DNA of 64,000 nucleotides, from contig NW_021832997.1 in the NCBI RefSeq assembly GCF_006345805.1, forward strand, positions 1 to 64,000, in the 5' to 3' direction. Below the pieces are notes generated by a model. It was not told the DNA's origin. It did not search any database and saw only the letters and a list, made by a program, of their open reading frames with translations. Shown here piece after piece: positions 24,843 to 39,167 of this stretch. A program made the position numbers and the translations under genes. Source of the stretch: Octopus sinensis. Taxonomy: Eukaryota. How positions within the stretch are numbered: the stretch's first letter is position 1; each line of letters starts with the position of its first letter.

Positions 24843-25784
24843 TTAGTAAACAAGAGATGTATTTTTAATTTTACCAGGATTTACATCTCTGGTCATCCAA
24901 ATTTGAAATTCATGTTCCTCCTCGACTTTAAAATCCGCAGAAGTGCCTGGCTGCGTTCTTTCTGCATGAGTGTAATGACAACGCGCCTCTTCGTCACCCT
25001 CCTCGCTGTCAACATCCCGACGGTCATGAAACTCCTCCCCGTTGCATTTAGACGTAACCTTTCCTCGGCTGTCATTGATGTCCGCATCTTGGGTGAAGGG
25101 CTTTCGTCTTGTGTCTGTTGCATTAAAACCTGGCACTTGTACGACAGCAGTTGTTGCGTTCCGTCTGTGCAGTAAATTTGTCAGGAACAGTGCTGAATGC
25201 TTGAAAGAATATGGCGAAGGGATCTTTAAACAGTTCTGCTTTTTACCTGAGAATTGCTGCCCCTGTTTTCTTTCATGTTCACTTCTTATCAAATGCGATT
25301 GGTTCATTTTATTTGATACAGTTTCTCTCATTTTTGTTGTAGTTATTGCTGCTGTTGTTCTCGTCGAAGTCAACAAACTTTCGTCAGGTTCCAGAGGGTC
25401 GCGGCTCGGAAGATTTGAATTTGTTAAGACGATCACAAAAGCTTCCATATTATCTTCAGAAAGTTTTACAGCATCCTTCACAAGAGAAAGAATTACGTTT
25501 GGCAATTCTGCCTATTCATCTTCGGGAAATTGTTTCTTACTAAGGAATTTGTCAGCAGAGATTCTTTGGTAGATCTGTTGCTAGGCATAAAGTTTCTGTG
25601 TAGGATCCAAAGCTTGGTGGAGATTAGGGACGGCAATGATTGATGCAGTACCATATAGGGATGGAAAAGCGTTATTGTTGTTAGTGGAATAAGTCCAGCC
25701 GATGCAATTTGAGGAGCTTTTGTCTCTGTCAGCGAACCCGCCAATGTAGTCGATGGTTTTAGGAGATGCAATGGTGTCGCTTGT
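24843..25784 (-). pseudogene. Decayed partial paralog of the terminal exon at 39168-40259
   Basis: Same acceptor (TTAATTACAG|) and homologous peptide, broken by many short deletions; upstream exons absent from this copy. Confidence 0.8.
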
Positions 25785-27779
25785 CTGTAATTAAATAAAA
25801 AGGAATAAAACAATTTTATTGATATGAAAAGATAATGTTGATGAAATTATTGTATCCAGTGCTCAGGTGCGTATAGAACATATGTAGAGAGGGAGAAACA
25901 AGCATATATAGAGCAGTGCTTTTCAAACTTATTGCGTGAGCGGAACCCCTGTGCAATAATTTAATAGTCTTATGCACAGCTGAATTATAAATTACTGCCG
26001 ATTTTAGCAGTGTTGTAACTTCTTGCGGAACCTTAGGGCTCTGCAGGACCCTGGTTGAAGACCCACTGATATAGGAAAAGAAGGTCAATACAGTAAAGTT
26101 TATAGCACCACTGCACAGAGCTGCGGTCAGTAGTATAGTGAAAGCATGTGATAAAGATAAGACTACTGAATGATGAGGTAACTTGAATGTAGAGCCTAAA
26201 AACAGAAACAATTCCCATTATAGTAAGAACATTAGGTGTGATAAAAAGAACTTCAGACAAATACATAACAGAAACTAGCACTGCCCACATCCTACGCAAA
26301 ACACTTTCAATACAATGAGCATCACTCAGTAGTAAGGTGAAAGCATGCTAATAAGACTACTGAATAATAGTTTTAGATAAGGTGGGTGAGGTTACTATGT
26401 CAGACAATGATTAGCATCATTTCTTCCAATTTTACATTCAGAGTTCAAATTCTACCGAGGTCGTCTTTGCCCTTCTCTCAGAATTGCTGGACTTGTACCA
26501 TAATTTGAAACCGGTAATTTTTTTTGGGGAAAGTCGGTTATGTTGACCCTAGAACAAGGAAAGGAAACTCAAACTTATCCAAAATGCCAACAGTTCTGTC
26601 TGTTTGCTGATGAAAATAATAATCTATTTCTTTATTACACACGGGGGACAGGCAAAGAAATTAAGTTGATTACATCGACCCCAGTATGTATCTGGTACTT
26701 ATTTAATTGACCCATGAAAGGCAAAGTCGACCTCTGCGGAATTTGATGACTGGCATCTGTGCTTGTGGAGTGCGATCGTTACTAGTATCACCTTGCTAGC
26801 AGGTGGCACATAAAAGCGCCCACTACATTCTCAGAGTGGTGGGCATCCAGCTGTAGAAACGACAGGGTCTAGTCAATTACATCAACCCCAGTGTTTCACT
26901 GGTATTTATTTTCATCAACTCTGTAAGGATAAAAAGCAAAGTCAACCTCAGCAGTATCTGAACTTGCTGCCTTAATAATAATAATTAATTCGTTTATTGG
27001 CTACAAGGGCTTATTTAAGATTACATTAAGACGATGATATTATTATAATCCTTTCTACTCTAGGTACAAGGCCTGGATTTTATGGTGAGTGGGACAGTCA
27101 ATAACATCAACCCCAGCACACAACTGGTACTTAATTTATGAAGGGCAAAGATGGCAGAAATTGGACATAAAGGCAGACGAAATACCACAAACCATTTCGC
27201 CTGGTGTGTTAACGATTCTGCCAGCTTGCTGCTATAATAGTAATTTCTACTCTAAGCACAAGGCCCTGAAAATTTTAGGGGATAATTCGACCCCACTGGT
27301 ACTTAATTTATCACCCCCGAAGTGATGAAGGCCATAAAAAAAAACCTGCCAAAACAACAGTGGAACTTGGGGCAGTTCTCTGACTTGCCAGCTCCTGTTA
27401 AGTGTATATATAGGAGTGGTAGGTAGCTTGTTTACCAACCGCATGGCACATTGGGCAAGTGTCTTCTACTATAGCCTTGTGAGTGGATTTGCTAGATGGA
27501 AACTGAAAGAAGCCCGTCGCATATATATACATATGCGTTTCTCCTCCTAGCATTGCTTGGCAACCGATGCATTTATGTCCCCGTCACTTGGCAAAAGGGA
27601 CCGATACAGTAAGTACCGGACTTACAAAGAATGAGTTCGAAGATGGTGCTGCTCCAGCATGGCCGCAGTCAAATGACTGGTAAGAGTATATAGGTTTTGG
27701 GTAAGTATTACTAAACGTATATGATGTTAGTTCTTTGTAAATGTTCATAGGAGAGCGGGCAAATGAGTATTGGAGGCAA

Positions 27780-28125
27780 CAGCTCATCGATTCTGTATCA
27801 ACACGGGGGATCAGTCAACAACATAGAAATTAAAATATTCTCCACACATAATAGAAGATGAACCTAGCCTGAATAGGAAACTGCAATGGAACACTAGCAC
27901 CCACCACAACATATGATGGTAGAGGATCCCCACAAACTGGTTACGATATAAACAAATATATAATTTTTTTGATTTATTATTATACATACGGATGTAAACA
28001 CACGAACTAGAGATATAAGCATGCGCAAATGAAGACATACAAAATGGCTGACGGTTAGTAAGGAGAGACACAAATAAGAAAACAAAGGACCACTGATGCG
28101 GTCACAGGAGTGTGACGAAAGAACC
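27780..28125 (+). mobile_element. Penelope-like 3' fragment, inverted third copy
   Basis: Reverse complement of about 21320-21590 and 34810-35220. Confidence 0.8.
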
Positions 28126-28692
28126 AAATATATAGTGCGTATGTTTTTATTGGCAAAATGACCATTCCGAAATATAGCAATATATACCCTGTGGCACAAG
28201 TTGGCCAAAATTGAGAGTATGGTAGAAGGCTTGCTCTACCTTCCATAGGAGAAAAGATTGATATCGGACCATGTTAACATCAAAAAGGTGCTTTTTTTTT
28301 TTCTATTAAAAATTCCCATTTTTTAACTGCTGTGTCGCCATTTCTCAGTGTATTTCAACCAGAAAACTGTTCACTTAAAGAAATAATAAGCTACATGAGG
28401 CAAAATTTTTAATTTTCAAAAATTCTAAAGGGTAGAAACAAACCCGAGCAATACTACTAGTATATACAGAGAATAGGAACTACATGTGGAAATGTAAGGG
28501 GAAGAAAATGCACAGTAACGATAGATATATACAATTAGATGACGTTCGATTTTTAAAGAAAAAAAACCTGTCTCTAGAAGTGCTGTTCACAAAAAGTACG
28601 TCAGTAATTATCTAGACTTACTATGAAATATCAAAGCTTTCATAGATATTCATTGTTATACAAAGTGTTTCATCCAATGACTTCCGATATCG

Positions 28693-29135
28693 TTATTCTC
28701 CTGTATGATTGGATATGTGTGCAGCCAATTGTGCTTTTTGAGAGAACGATTTACCACAGATGTCACACTGATAGGGCTTCTCTCCTGTATGAATACGTTT
28801 GTGCCTAGATAAGGTACCTCCATCGGAGAAAGATTTTCCACAGGCATCGCAATCATATGGTTTCTCTCCTGTATGAATACGCTTGTGTCGGGTCAAGGTG
28901 CCTCCGTCGGAGAACGATTTGCCGCAGATGTCACAGTGATATTGTTTCTCTCCTGAGTGAGTGTGTTTGACCAAGGAATTGCTCCGAGAGAAGAATTTAG
29001 CACAAATGTTACATCGATACGGCTTTTCACCTGTATGGAGGTGTTTGTGACTGTAAACAGAGAATGATTTACTACAGATCTCACAGTGATACGTGTAGCT
29101 GAATGAATAGAAATAATGTTCAGTGTGTCTCCTAC
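28693..29135 (-). pseudogene. C2H2 zinc-finger gene ZNF-B, five fingers (two damaged by deletions), stop directly after TGE
   Basis: CxxC...HxxxH fingers with TGEKP linkers; fingers 1 and 2 shortened; 5' end abuts a SINE fragment. Confidence 0.85.
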
Positions 29136-29431
29136 TTGATTCAGCCCGTCGTATATACATGTGTGTGTCTTACTATCGCTTGTCAACCGGTGTTGGTGTG
29201 TTTACGTCACTGAGGCTTAGCAGTTCAGCAAAGAGAGCGATAGAATAAATACTAGGCTTTAAAAAAAAGAAGTAAAAGGATCAATTTATTCAACTTAAAA
29301 CTTCACCAAGATGGTGGACCAGCATGACCGCAATCTAATACCCGTAACAAATAAAAGATGGGCGTGACTTCGGTATAGGTACCGGATACATTTCAAGAAA
29401 GTGTTTTTTTTTTTTTTTTAAATACATATTT

Positions 29432-29780
29432 AGGCGCAGGAGTGGCTGTGTGGTAAGTAGCTTGTTTACCAATCACATGGTTCCGGGTTCAGTCCCACTG
29501 CGTGGCACCTTGGGCAGGTGTCTTCTACCAAGGCCCTGTGAGTGGATTTGGTAGACGGAAACTGAAAGAAGCCCGTCGTATATGTGTGTTTGTCCCTCTG
29601 GCATTGCTTGACAACCGATGCTGGTGTGTGTACGTCCCCGTAACTTAGCGGTTCGGAAAAAAGAGATCGATGGAATAAGTACTGGGCTTACAAAGAATAA
29701 GTCCCGGGGTCGAGTTGCTCGATTAAAAGCGGTGCTCCAGCATGGCCGCAGTTAAATGACTGAAACAAGTAAAAGAGTAT
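29432..29780 (+). mobile_element. SINE family B (mirror copy 19044-19394, -)
   Basis: Family B head and tail at the equivalent position in both inverted arms. Confidence 0.85.
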
Positions 29781-32700
29781 ATAAGGGGTTGGGGTGGGAG
29801 AAAAGGGTTTCTGTTATCTTCAGAAATGTAAACAAAGCCACTTTCCGGTACCTATACCGAAGGATCGCCAATAGAGGAATTATTAAATGCGAATTTCATG
29901 CTTTGGAGTGTAGGATCTTTATAAAATGGGGAAAAAGGAAAGAAACCGGGACAGGTTCTTGAATAACAATGCGATGGCCTCACCTAGTAAAAATGCCTCC
30001 TGGCTGTGTCAGGACATCAACAGAGGAGAAGAAGAGAAAGGACAACTTGTTCCTTATTGAAAAAATCAGGTCCCTCGGTGGGTACGGGAGGCTAGGATCG
30101 AACCCCGAAGGAAAGAATGGTTTTTCAGGCGCAGGCTCGGTCGCCTGACGTCACTACCGCTTTTCCATTTCAGCCAATGATATCAAAGTCAGATATCTGT
30201 GTAAACGGTTGCTATGACAATATTGTGTGTGTTGATGTGCATGCATTTCTTGATTTGGCAACGTTTCGTTTGTAGTGGCACACGCTTCCGTAAAATACTT
30301 ATATTTTTTTACATGTGGCTTTGCGGGAATATTTGAAGTAATGAGAGCGAAAGAGACTAAGAGGAAGCGATTTTATGACGAGGGAATTTCTTTTTGAAGT
30401 CCCCGTCTGTGTGTTTGATGGGGTGTGGGAGACAGACAGTATGTTGTGTAAGTGAAGTGCTTCTGTTAGTGTGTGCGAAGAGACAGAGAGAGATAACTGG
30501 AATTTTTTACTCGGTGTATGTGTGTGGCCGATTCATTTTTTACGGAAATCGACGGAGGAATTCTACGGAAACGTGTGCTACTACAAACGAAACATTGCCC
30601 TTGATTTTGTTTTCAGTTTGTATATATATATGCTTGTATGTATAGAAATTGAATTCACCTCAATAGACGTCATTGATTGGTTGAAATTGAAGAAGAAAAA
30701 CCCAACAAATATCTTACAAACTCTAGAATTTTCTCAATAAAGCCAAGAGAAAAAGATGTTTTATTTTGACACATTCTACCACTCTTTAAGTGAACATTTT
30801 TCTGGTTAATGTACACCGAAAAATGACGACACAGCAGGCAAAAAATAGGGATTTTCAAAGGAAAAAAACCCCACCTTTTTGATGTAAATAGTTTTTGGTG
30901 TTAACATGGTCCGATTTGAATTTTTTCTTCTACGGAAGGAAGAGCAAGCCTTCTTCTATCATACTCTCAATTTTGGTCAACTTGCCCCACAGGGTCTCGG
31001 AGGAGATAGTGTTAGTTGAAGGCTGCCATACACAGACAACTTCAGCTTTATATATAGAGAGAGATTAAGTTGTAAAATTTTAACCTAAAAACCATGAGTT
31101 TATTAAAGTTACAATGGGTGTTATTCTGGCTCTTATGGGACAGACATGTCGTGTTGATGTTTAGATAAATTTTAATCCACCAAGATATACACGTACAGGT
31201 AGTTATAAATATCCAGACACACGTGTAGGTTCCTTATGGGTGCTTCAATTAGTATTTAGAATGAATGAATAGAGATTATTGCTATGAAGTAACACCCCAA
31301 TGATAAACTGGTATAATTGGATATTTATACATACACCTCCACATATAAATAAACTTTATTAGTGTATATATATATACCAGTGGTTTTCAACCAGGGTTCC
31401 GCCAGTACAGTCCAGGGGTTCCGCAAGAAGTTACAAAACTGCTAAAATCGACAGTAATTTTTAATTCTCCTGAGCAGATATGTGTGCATAAGACTATTAA
31501 ATTATTGCACAGGGGTTCCTCGAGCCAGTGGAATGTTTCCTTGGGGTTCCGCTCCAGCAAAAAGTTTGAAAAGCACTGGTATAGACACACACGCATATGT
31601 CCACACCCGTGGACATGTTTACAAAGTCAGAAAACAGCACAGCTCCTTCCATGACTTTCGCAAACATTTTTTCACGCTAAGACTTGCTGAAGCATGGAAC
31701 AATCTGCCGGCATCAGTTGTCGGAGCACTGCATCCTTCAAAACTTCCTGAGATTCGCCAACACTACACCTGATTTTCTCCTCCCCTCCATACACAAGCAA
31801 GCATCTATCTGACTCGTACACTGTTTACTTCCCAGACATTTCTACATTACTGCAGATGCTTTATACGAACTTTCGACAAGTTGTGGGGCACCTGAGCACT
31901 GTATACAATAATTTCATTAATATTATATATATGGGTATGTATGCGCAATAAAACGTAATGGCCTTACCTCGTAACTTTCTGTTGGGAGTCCTCGTCAGGT
32001 TGCCCATTGACAACCAAATATACATATATATTTTCCTTTCTTCACTATTTGTTAAACTCTCTGGCTCCGTCTCTGCCACCTGACATCAATACAAGACAGA
32101 CTTCTACTTAAAAACATAATTAAAAGGTAAAGTTCCATGAGGGTGTACCAAACACGAAGTTCTGCGAGCAACAGACTTCCTTCCAATAAATGTTTGTTTC
32201 AGTTTCCGGCACTGTCCCTGACGTCACTTCCTCTTAGTCATTATCGATTTGGGGGTCGATAAGCTGGGTCAGCTAAACTAGGTCAAATGCAAAAGGGGAT
32301 CGAAAAGGCGACGAGCTTGCCAATTAGCGCGCCAAACGAAAATGCTCAGAAGTACTCCGACCGCAAAGACGTCCCGGGGAAGCGAACCTCCGCAGGACGT
32401 CACGGCGGACGAAATACAACTAAGCATTCCGTCCGACGCGCTAAACGACCGGGCCAGCTTGCCGCCACTGAAAAATTGTGTAAAAAATGACATATTTAAG
32501 TTTAAAAAAAAAAGAAGAAAAATTGAAGGCTGTCCGTGGAACTAGACATAAGAAATATTCTACCATTATCGTCACAACATTCTTTAACTTTTTCTCTCAA
32601 AATGGGTTTTTTTTCTTCAACCCAGTTTTGCTTTCGCTTCTATTTAAAGCAAAATGCTTCGGCATCCAGACTCCCCTAAAATCCACACATATATAATATA

Positions 32701-33130
32701 AATGTATACATACCCACGTAAATATGTACATATATGTGTACAAGGCATCAAAAAAACGTTGGACCCAACGAGAAACGAACTTTTGGGGTGGGACAACAAA
32801 AAATACAGATATACATATACGACGGGCTTCTTTGAGTTTCCATCTACCAAATTACATTGTCCCCAGCCCTTTGAATATTTCAAATAATTAAGGCTGCGAG
32901 CTGGCAGAAACGTTAGCATGCCGGGCGAAATGCTTAACAGTATTTCGTCTGGTGCTACGTTCAAATTCCGCCGAGGTCGATTTTGCCTTTCATCGTTTTG
33001 GGGTCGATGTAATCGACTTAATCCGTTTATCTGTCCCCTCTGTGTTTAGCCCCTTGTGGGTAGTAAAGAAATAGGTTTGCAGGAGTGTGAGAGTCAATTG
33101 GCAGATGAGTGAGTGATGAACAGGGCAGAG

Positions 33131-33869
33131 TCACTCAGGTTGAGTATGAGTGAAGTTATGTTTAGTCAAGTGTGCTCTTTGAGAGAACGATTTGCCACAG
33201 GTATGACAAACATAGGGTTTTTCTCCTGTGTGAACACGTTGGTGAGTAGTTAACTGATCGTGGAGAGAGAAAGATGTGTCACAGTGGTATGGCTTCTCAC
33301 CTGTATAAATACGTATGTGAATGGTCAAGCTACCTGTCTGAGTGAAGGACTTGCCACAGATGTCACAACGATATTGTTTCTCTCCAGCATGAATGTGTTT
33401 GTGCTTCGTCAGAGCGCTTCCATTCGAGAATGATTTTGCACAGGTAGGGTTTCTCGTCGCTGTGAATTCGGCTGTGGGTCGTCAGGTTGCCACTCCGCGA
33501 AAAAGATTTTCCACAGATGTCACAGTCGTACGGCCTCTCTCCTGTATGAATGCGCCTGTGAGCCGATAAGTTACCGCTTAGAGTGAACGACTTACCACAG
33601 ATGTCACAGTGATAGGGCTTCTCTCCTGTATGAATACGTTTGTGATTATTTTGAAAGAACGAAGTACCACAAATATCACAGCGATATGGTTTCTCTCCTG
33701 TATGAGTACGTTTGTGAATAGAGAGGCTATCTTTGCGAGAAAATGTCTTTTTGCAAACATCACAAGGATATGCTGTTTTCCTTATATCTTTCGGCATCTC
33801 GTCAACAAAATTAATCATTTTAAGCTCTGATTTACATTTAATATTGTCCTCACACAATTCACTTTCCAT
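33131..33869 (-). pseudogene. C2H2 zinc-finger gene ZNF-A, eight fingers, frameshift near 33443
   Basis: MESELCEDNIKCKSELKMINFVDEMPK then TGEKP-linked fingers; fingers 2 and 7 deleted internally, finger 5 frameshifted, finger 6 His to Tyr; ends HLTKHNFTHTQPE*. Confidence 0.9.
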
Positions 33870-34794
33870 CAGTTTCCGTCTCTCACCGAAATATAAAGAT
33901 GCTTTTCTATTTCTCGGAGTGGTCGGCGTTAGGAAGGTATCCAGCTGTAGAAACTCTGCCAGATCAAGATTGGAACCTGGTGCAGCCATCAGGTTCGCCA
34001 GCCCTCGGTTGAATCGTCCAACCCAAGCTAGCATGGAAAGCGGACATTAAACGATGATGATTCCTAAGTGATTCTGTGTTATTTTCATCAACTGTGATCT
34101 TCGTCAATATCCGAAGATACTGCAAGCTCCATCGTTATCCAAGTTTCATGAGAACGCGATATCATCTTCAGCGCATTCAAGACAGTGAAGTAGAGAAGTT
34201 TTACTACGTAATGCCAGTTAAATGAAATATTCCATTGCAATTTACCAAAGATTAATACAAACAGGGTAAAATTTGTTCTGTGTACAATTTTCCTTTAGAC
34301 TTGGTAAATGGTCGATGGATCCAGAGTAAAAATGTCCTTTAATGCCAAGCCATCTGGAATATTCTGAAATAGCAGAGAAACGGTGTAAACTAGAGAGGAT
34401 ACTTAAAATGTTGTGTGTGTATCTTTTGATTCTGTCATTGAAAAGTGTGCATTTTATGAAGAAAGACAAGAACGGTTACCAAGGAAATTCAAGTTTGCCT
34501 TTCGATTTGGTATTAAGGTTATGTCATACAACCTCGTGTAATCTCCATATTTCCAGACTACACATGTATCTTCCGTTTTGGAATTTGGCTTACAAGATTC
34601 TTTATAATATAAAGTTTATATGAATTCGTGTGTTGAAGCATATTATTGGAAGGAAGAGCAAGCCTTCTTCTATCATACTCTGAATTTTGGTCAACTTGTG
34701 CCGCAGGGTATATATTTCGGAATGGTCATTTTGCCAATAGAAACACACGCACTATATATTTGGTGTTACTTTGCTTCAGTGTTATTTTTTACAT

Positions 34795-36170
34795 TAATCT
34801 TATTTCGGCCAGAGTTCTTTCGTCACACTCCTGTGACCGCATCGGTGGTCCTTTGTTTTCTTATTTGTGTCTCTCCTTACTAACCGTCAGCCATTTTGTA
34901 TTTCTATTGTATGTCTTCATTTGCGCATGCTTATATCTCTCGTTCGTGTGTTTACATCCGTATGTATAACAACAATACTAGTAATAATAATAAATCAAAA
35001 AAAAAAAAATTATATATTTGTCTATATTGTAACCAGTTTGTGGGGATCCTCTACCATCATATGTTGTGGTGGGTGCTAGTGTTCCATTGCAGTTTCCTAT
35101 TCAGGCTAGGTTCATCTTCTATTATGTGTGTAGCTTCTGTAATTTGTCTGATTGTTGCATCTGTTCTATGTGTGGAGAATATTTTAATTTCTATGTTGTT
35201 GACTGATCCCCCGTGTTGGTACAGAATCGATGAGCTTTTACCTTCCTTGAGTTGTCTCCAATGTTCATTTACCCGCTCTCCTATGCTTCTTGCCTGGCTT
35301 TTCAACAACCTTAATCCTTAGCTTAAGTTTGTCTAGGGTCCTTCTAAAGCGGTATGCCAGTTCACCTCCAGGGGTGGTGTCAACGAACATGACACTCTGG
35401 TATTTATGGCGATCATATCAAGAGGTGGCCTCCCCTATTTTCTTTTTTTGTCCTTTCTATAGTGTTCCATGACTTGTACCTATAGAGTGGGCAAATCCCA
35501 TTCCTATCATTACATGATATATTATCAAATTTCTTTATGGCTGTAACCTGAGAACTGCATGCGGTGAATGAAATAATGTATGTGTCTCTTTAATTCTGTA
35601 AGCTCGCATATGCGTGACACATTTCTCATTATTCTGACGAGGTCTGCCATAAAAATATTGAATTTGGCTGAGTTCCGGTGGATCAAGTATTTTGAGGCCA
35701 TAGTATGAATAAAGGATCTAGGTTTTATTATTCACAATTTCTAGCCAGAGTTCAGTGTCTAGTACTGGTAGTCTATTGTGACCTTAATACTCTGGTGGAT
35801 GGAGTTAGCTATTTGCTGGAATGCTCTCCATAGTATTAGTTTCTATTATTATATCAACAGTACTCTCTTGTGGGGGTGCCTTTACCACTATGTTGATATC
35901 ATCAACATAGCGAGAGTACATGTTTACAAGTATGGAGTTCTGTGTTAGGCGTTCTTTAAGCCTTCTGTCCCACCATACCATGAAAAGGTTGGCCACATCA
36001 CCAGCGATACTAACGCCGATGGCTGCCCCCTCGTCCTGGGCATATATTTTATTGTTAAACTTAAACGTGTGGCCTTTTAGGGTAACTCTTATACTAGCTC
36101 CTAATGCATGTGCGATCATTTTCTTTACCTGATGGACATTTGCGGGGCTCTGGTCCATCCGCGCCATATA
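34795..36170 (-). mobile_element. Penelope-like element remnant, most complete copy
   Basis: YAQDEGAAIGVSIAGDVANLFM...YSRYVDDINIVV (RT motifs) at 35805-36167, GIY-YIG-region remnants, 3' terminal repeat. Confidence 0.85.
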
Positions 36171-38639
36171 TATTTGCTAATCCTAGAAGATTGATGCGAA
36201 GAAGTGAATAAATTATCCGCAAGTCAAAGATGTGTCCTTAATGCTTGCAACAATCCAGACTCTGCTAAATTCACACTAAGGGAATATTAACCAAGGTGGA
36301 CATAGCAAATGTAAATACAACAACAAAATATTTCCTCTTTTATTTTTTTGTTTTATTCATTTCAAAATCATTCAATCTGTCACAGTGGACAATGATGCTG
36401 TCAGTCTGCAATATCTTCTCCTCCACACTCAGGCACTAAAGAAACGGAACAGGGGCTGATGTGGCAGAGATGAATTTCAATGGCTTGTGAGAGGTCGTAT
36501 TGATGGCAGGGGTGGAGTGGGGGGAGAACTGAGAGATATTGTTGACAGGGAGGTGTTAGAGAAATAGATCCAAAGACCTAGTCTTCAGCAGTGAATCAAA
36601 GGCTAATTAACTAATAATAATTATGGCAGGGGAATTGCTGATTACATCAACTCTGATACTTAATTTATTGACCTCGATGGGATTTGAACTCAGGTGTCAT
36701 TTTGCCTGGTGTGATAATGTTTCCCGACTTAATGATAATAATCCTTTCTAATATAGGCACAAGGCCTGGAATTTGTGGAGGGGAGTGGATTGCGCCGACC
36801 CTAGTGTTTTATTACTACTTAATTTATTGCAGAACATAGCAACAGATGGAACACTAGGAAGCATTTTGTCTGCTAGCTCGCCGCTTTATTGACGATAATA
36901 GCAACTTGTAATGTTTTGTAAAGATAAATAAAGGACAAACAATCATTATAGGATGGTGTGAGGTAGAAAATGTGCTGTGTGTGTATAAAGTCATGTACAA
37001 GTCTATGCACCCTTTCATTACCAGCCTGGATCTGCAGTACAAATGTCTTGTTTTGAATTAAAATCTTCCACTAAGCTTTAGTCACAATTTCTGTTCCTAA
37101 CACTAGCTGAAATTCTTTGTTATATTTAAAATTAATTGAAAGAAACACAGTGCATCTTAGAAGGTTTAAGATATATATTAGAAAAATAATTCTTAACCCT
37201 TTTGATACCACCTCTGGCTCAGTAGTACAAGTGTCTTGTTTTGAATTAACATCATAGATACATGGAAATTTTAAAATGTGTGTGATTGTATATATGCAAT
37301 GTGTGTGAATGTATTAGGCTGTCAAGAAAGTTCTTGTGGAATTTTTGACTTTATTTATCATTTTAAAACCCGTTTTCCATTCTATCTAATCGTGTTACTC
37401 TTTTCGAATAACGAGGCCGTTTTTTTCCGGAATGTTGTGGACAAAAAGCAAATTTGCACAATTTTCTTATTCCAGTTCTAGCTTGGCCAAGAAGCTGCTG
37501 AGAACAGCTCGCGATATCAACGATGCGTTTGGCCCAGTTTCCACCACACAAATTGATTAACAACCAAAACAAAATGCTGTTTTGAAGTGTTGTCTTCCCT
37601 TCTTTTATGTAACAAGAACGACCGGATTGTGACAGTCAGCTCAGTGGTTGGATGCTGACGAAGCTCCACGGCACTTCCCGAAGCCAAAGTCGCCCCAAAA
37701 GAAGGCCATGTGTTACTGTTTGGTGGTCTCATGGATCCAGGTGGAGAGGTACTGTCAGCAAATGGATGAATTGCATAGGAAACTCTGACAACAACAGCCA
37801 GCATTGGTCAATAGAAAGGGACCATGGCTACACTGTTTATTTCTAAAGTTTTGTGTGCATCTGAATTTAAAGGTTCAAAATCACATGAACTTTCTTGACA
37901 ACGTAGTGTGTGTGTATTTGGTTTGCAAGATTCTTTTTGTGTGTTGAAGCGTATTTTATGGTCCGGCAAGTGTCTTCTACTATAGCCTTGAGTGTGGATT
38001 TGGTAGACAGAAACAGTAAGAAGCCTGTTGTGTGTGTGTATATGTTTACATCCCGGCAAAAGAGACCGATAGAATAAGTCCTGGGGTCGACTAAACGCGG
38101 TGCCACAGTCAAATGATTGAGAAGATTTAGCTATTTATGATGAAGAAGAATGTGTGGTTATTAAGCTGAAAATACCTCACTTGGAGCACTAAAACTCCTG
38201 ACTGTATTTTATTTGCAAATGTTGGTAATCTCAAAGTAAATCCGTGTATTTTATAATAATATATATATATAGGTACACACATACATATATATATATATGT
38301 TCATATACAGACATAATTTATATAAGTACAATTTGTGCGCAATTAAGCTAGCAGCACCGAGTCGAACAAACCTATCCGTAATACAATGATGATGATGTTC
38401 TTACCTGTTATATAGGAATGTAAGTATTTTTGTTAGTGTGTTCTGAATACTTTTATTTTAATAAATGTTGCTTACTACAAGCTATGGATGATTTTTTTTT
38501 TATGACTTCATTGCTTAGAAAATGTATGGTGTACCTTTTAAAACACCTGCTGTCTACCTTATAACAAGGATCATACTTACTGGGAATGCCTCTGAATACA
38601 TCTCTCCCTTAGAGGGTTTAAACACCTCTGACATATATA

Positions 38640-38983
38640 TCTCTCTCTATATAAACGGCAGTGTGTCTGTTAGGTTGTACCCTCACCCTGACCACGGCTT
38701 TCAACCGATTCTGATGAAACTTGGCACACACATAGCCCAATGTCATAATTCAAAACTAACGCAGCGAAAATTTTGAAAAGTTCCCCCAGTTCTGAAAAAA
38801 ATTGATAAATTCGACATGGGGTCGAGAATCAGAAACACAAACCACAGATGGTCTAGGGAACGCAACTCGACCTTTTTAACTATCAAAAAAAAATTTACCA
38901 TCATTTTTTCCCCTATAACTCTCTAAAAATGCTTTATAGTTATTTCCCTTACAAACCCGAGCAACGCCGGGCGATACTGCTAG
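38640..38983 (+). mobile_element. Non-autonomous Helitron inserted at A|T
   Basis: TC...TATATAAAC start, hairpin and CTAG end; the paralogous site near 24780 is empty. Confidence 0.85.
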
Positions 38984-39167
38984 TATTATTATGAAATGTA
39001 ATACATATACACACAGGTTATCCCTGCAGATGACAGCATGTGGCCAAGCAGTGTTTACTCAACAAGAGATGTATTTTTAATTTTACCAGGATTTATATCT
39101 CTGGTCAACCCATTTTGCATACTTGCTCCAAATTTGAAATTCTTCCCTGCCTTGTTCCTCCTCGACT

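Larger units (their letters stand above)
20940..27710 (+). repeat. Copy 1 of a direct segmental duplication (copy 2 about 34645-43630)
   Basis: Same order of Helitron piece, Penelope-like remnant, unique blocks, large exon, hAT MITE and SINEs in both copies. Confidence 0.9.

Noticed and set aside
37363-37846. Transposase or exon in the duplicated unique block (also 23625-24050)
   Set aside because: No recognisable catalytic motif, and the paralogs differ by frame-breaking indels.
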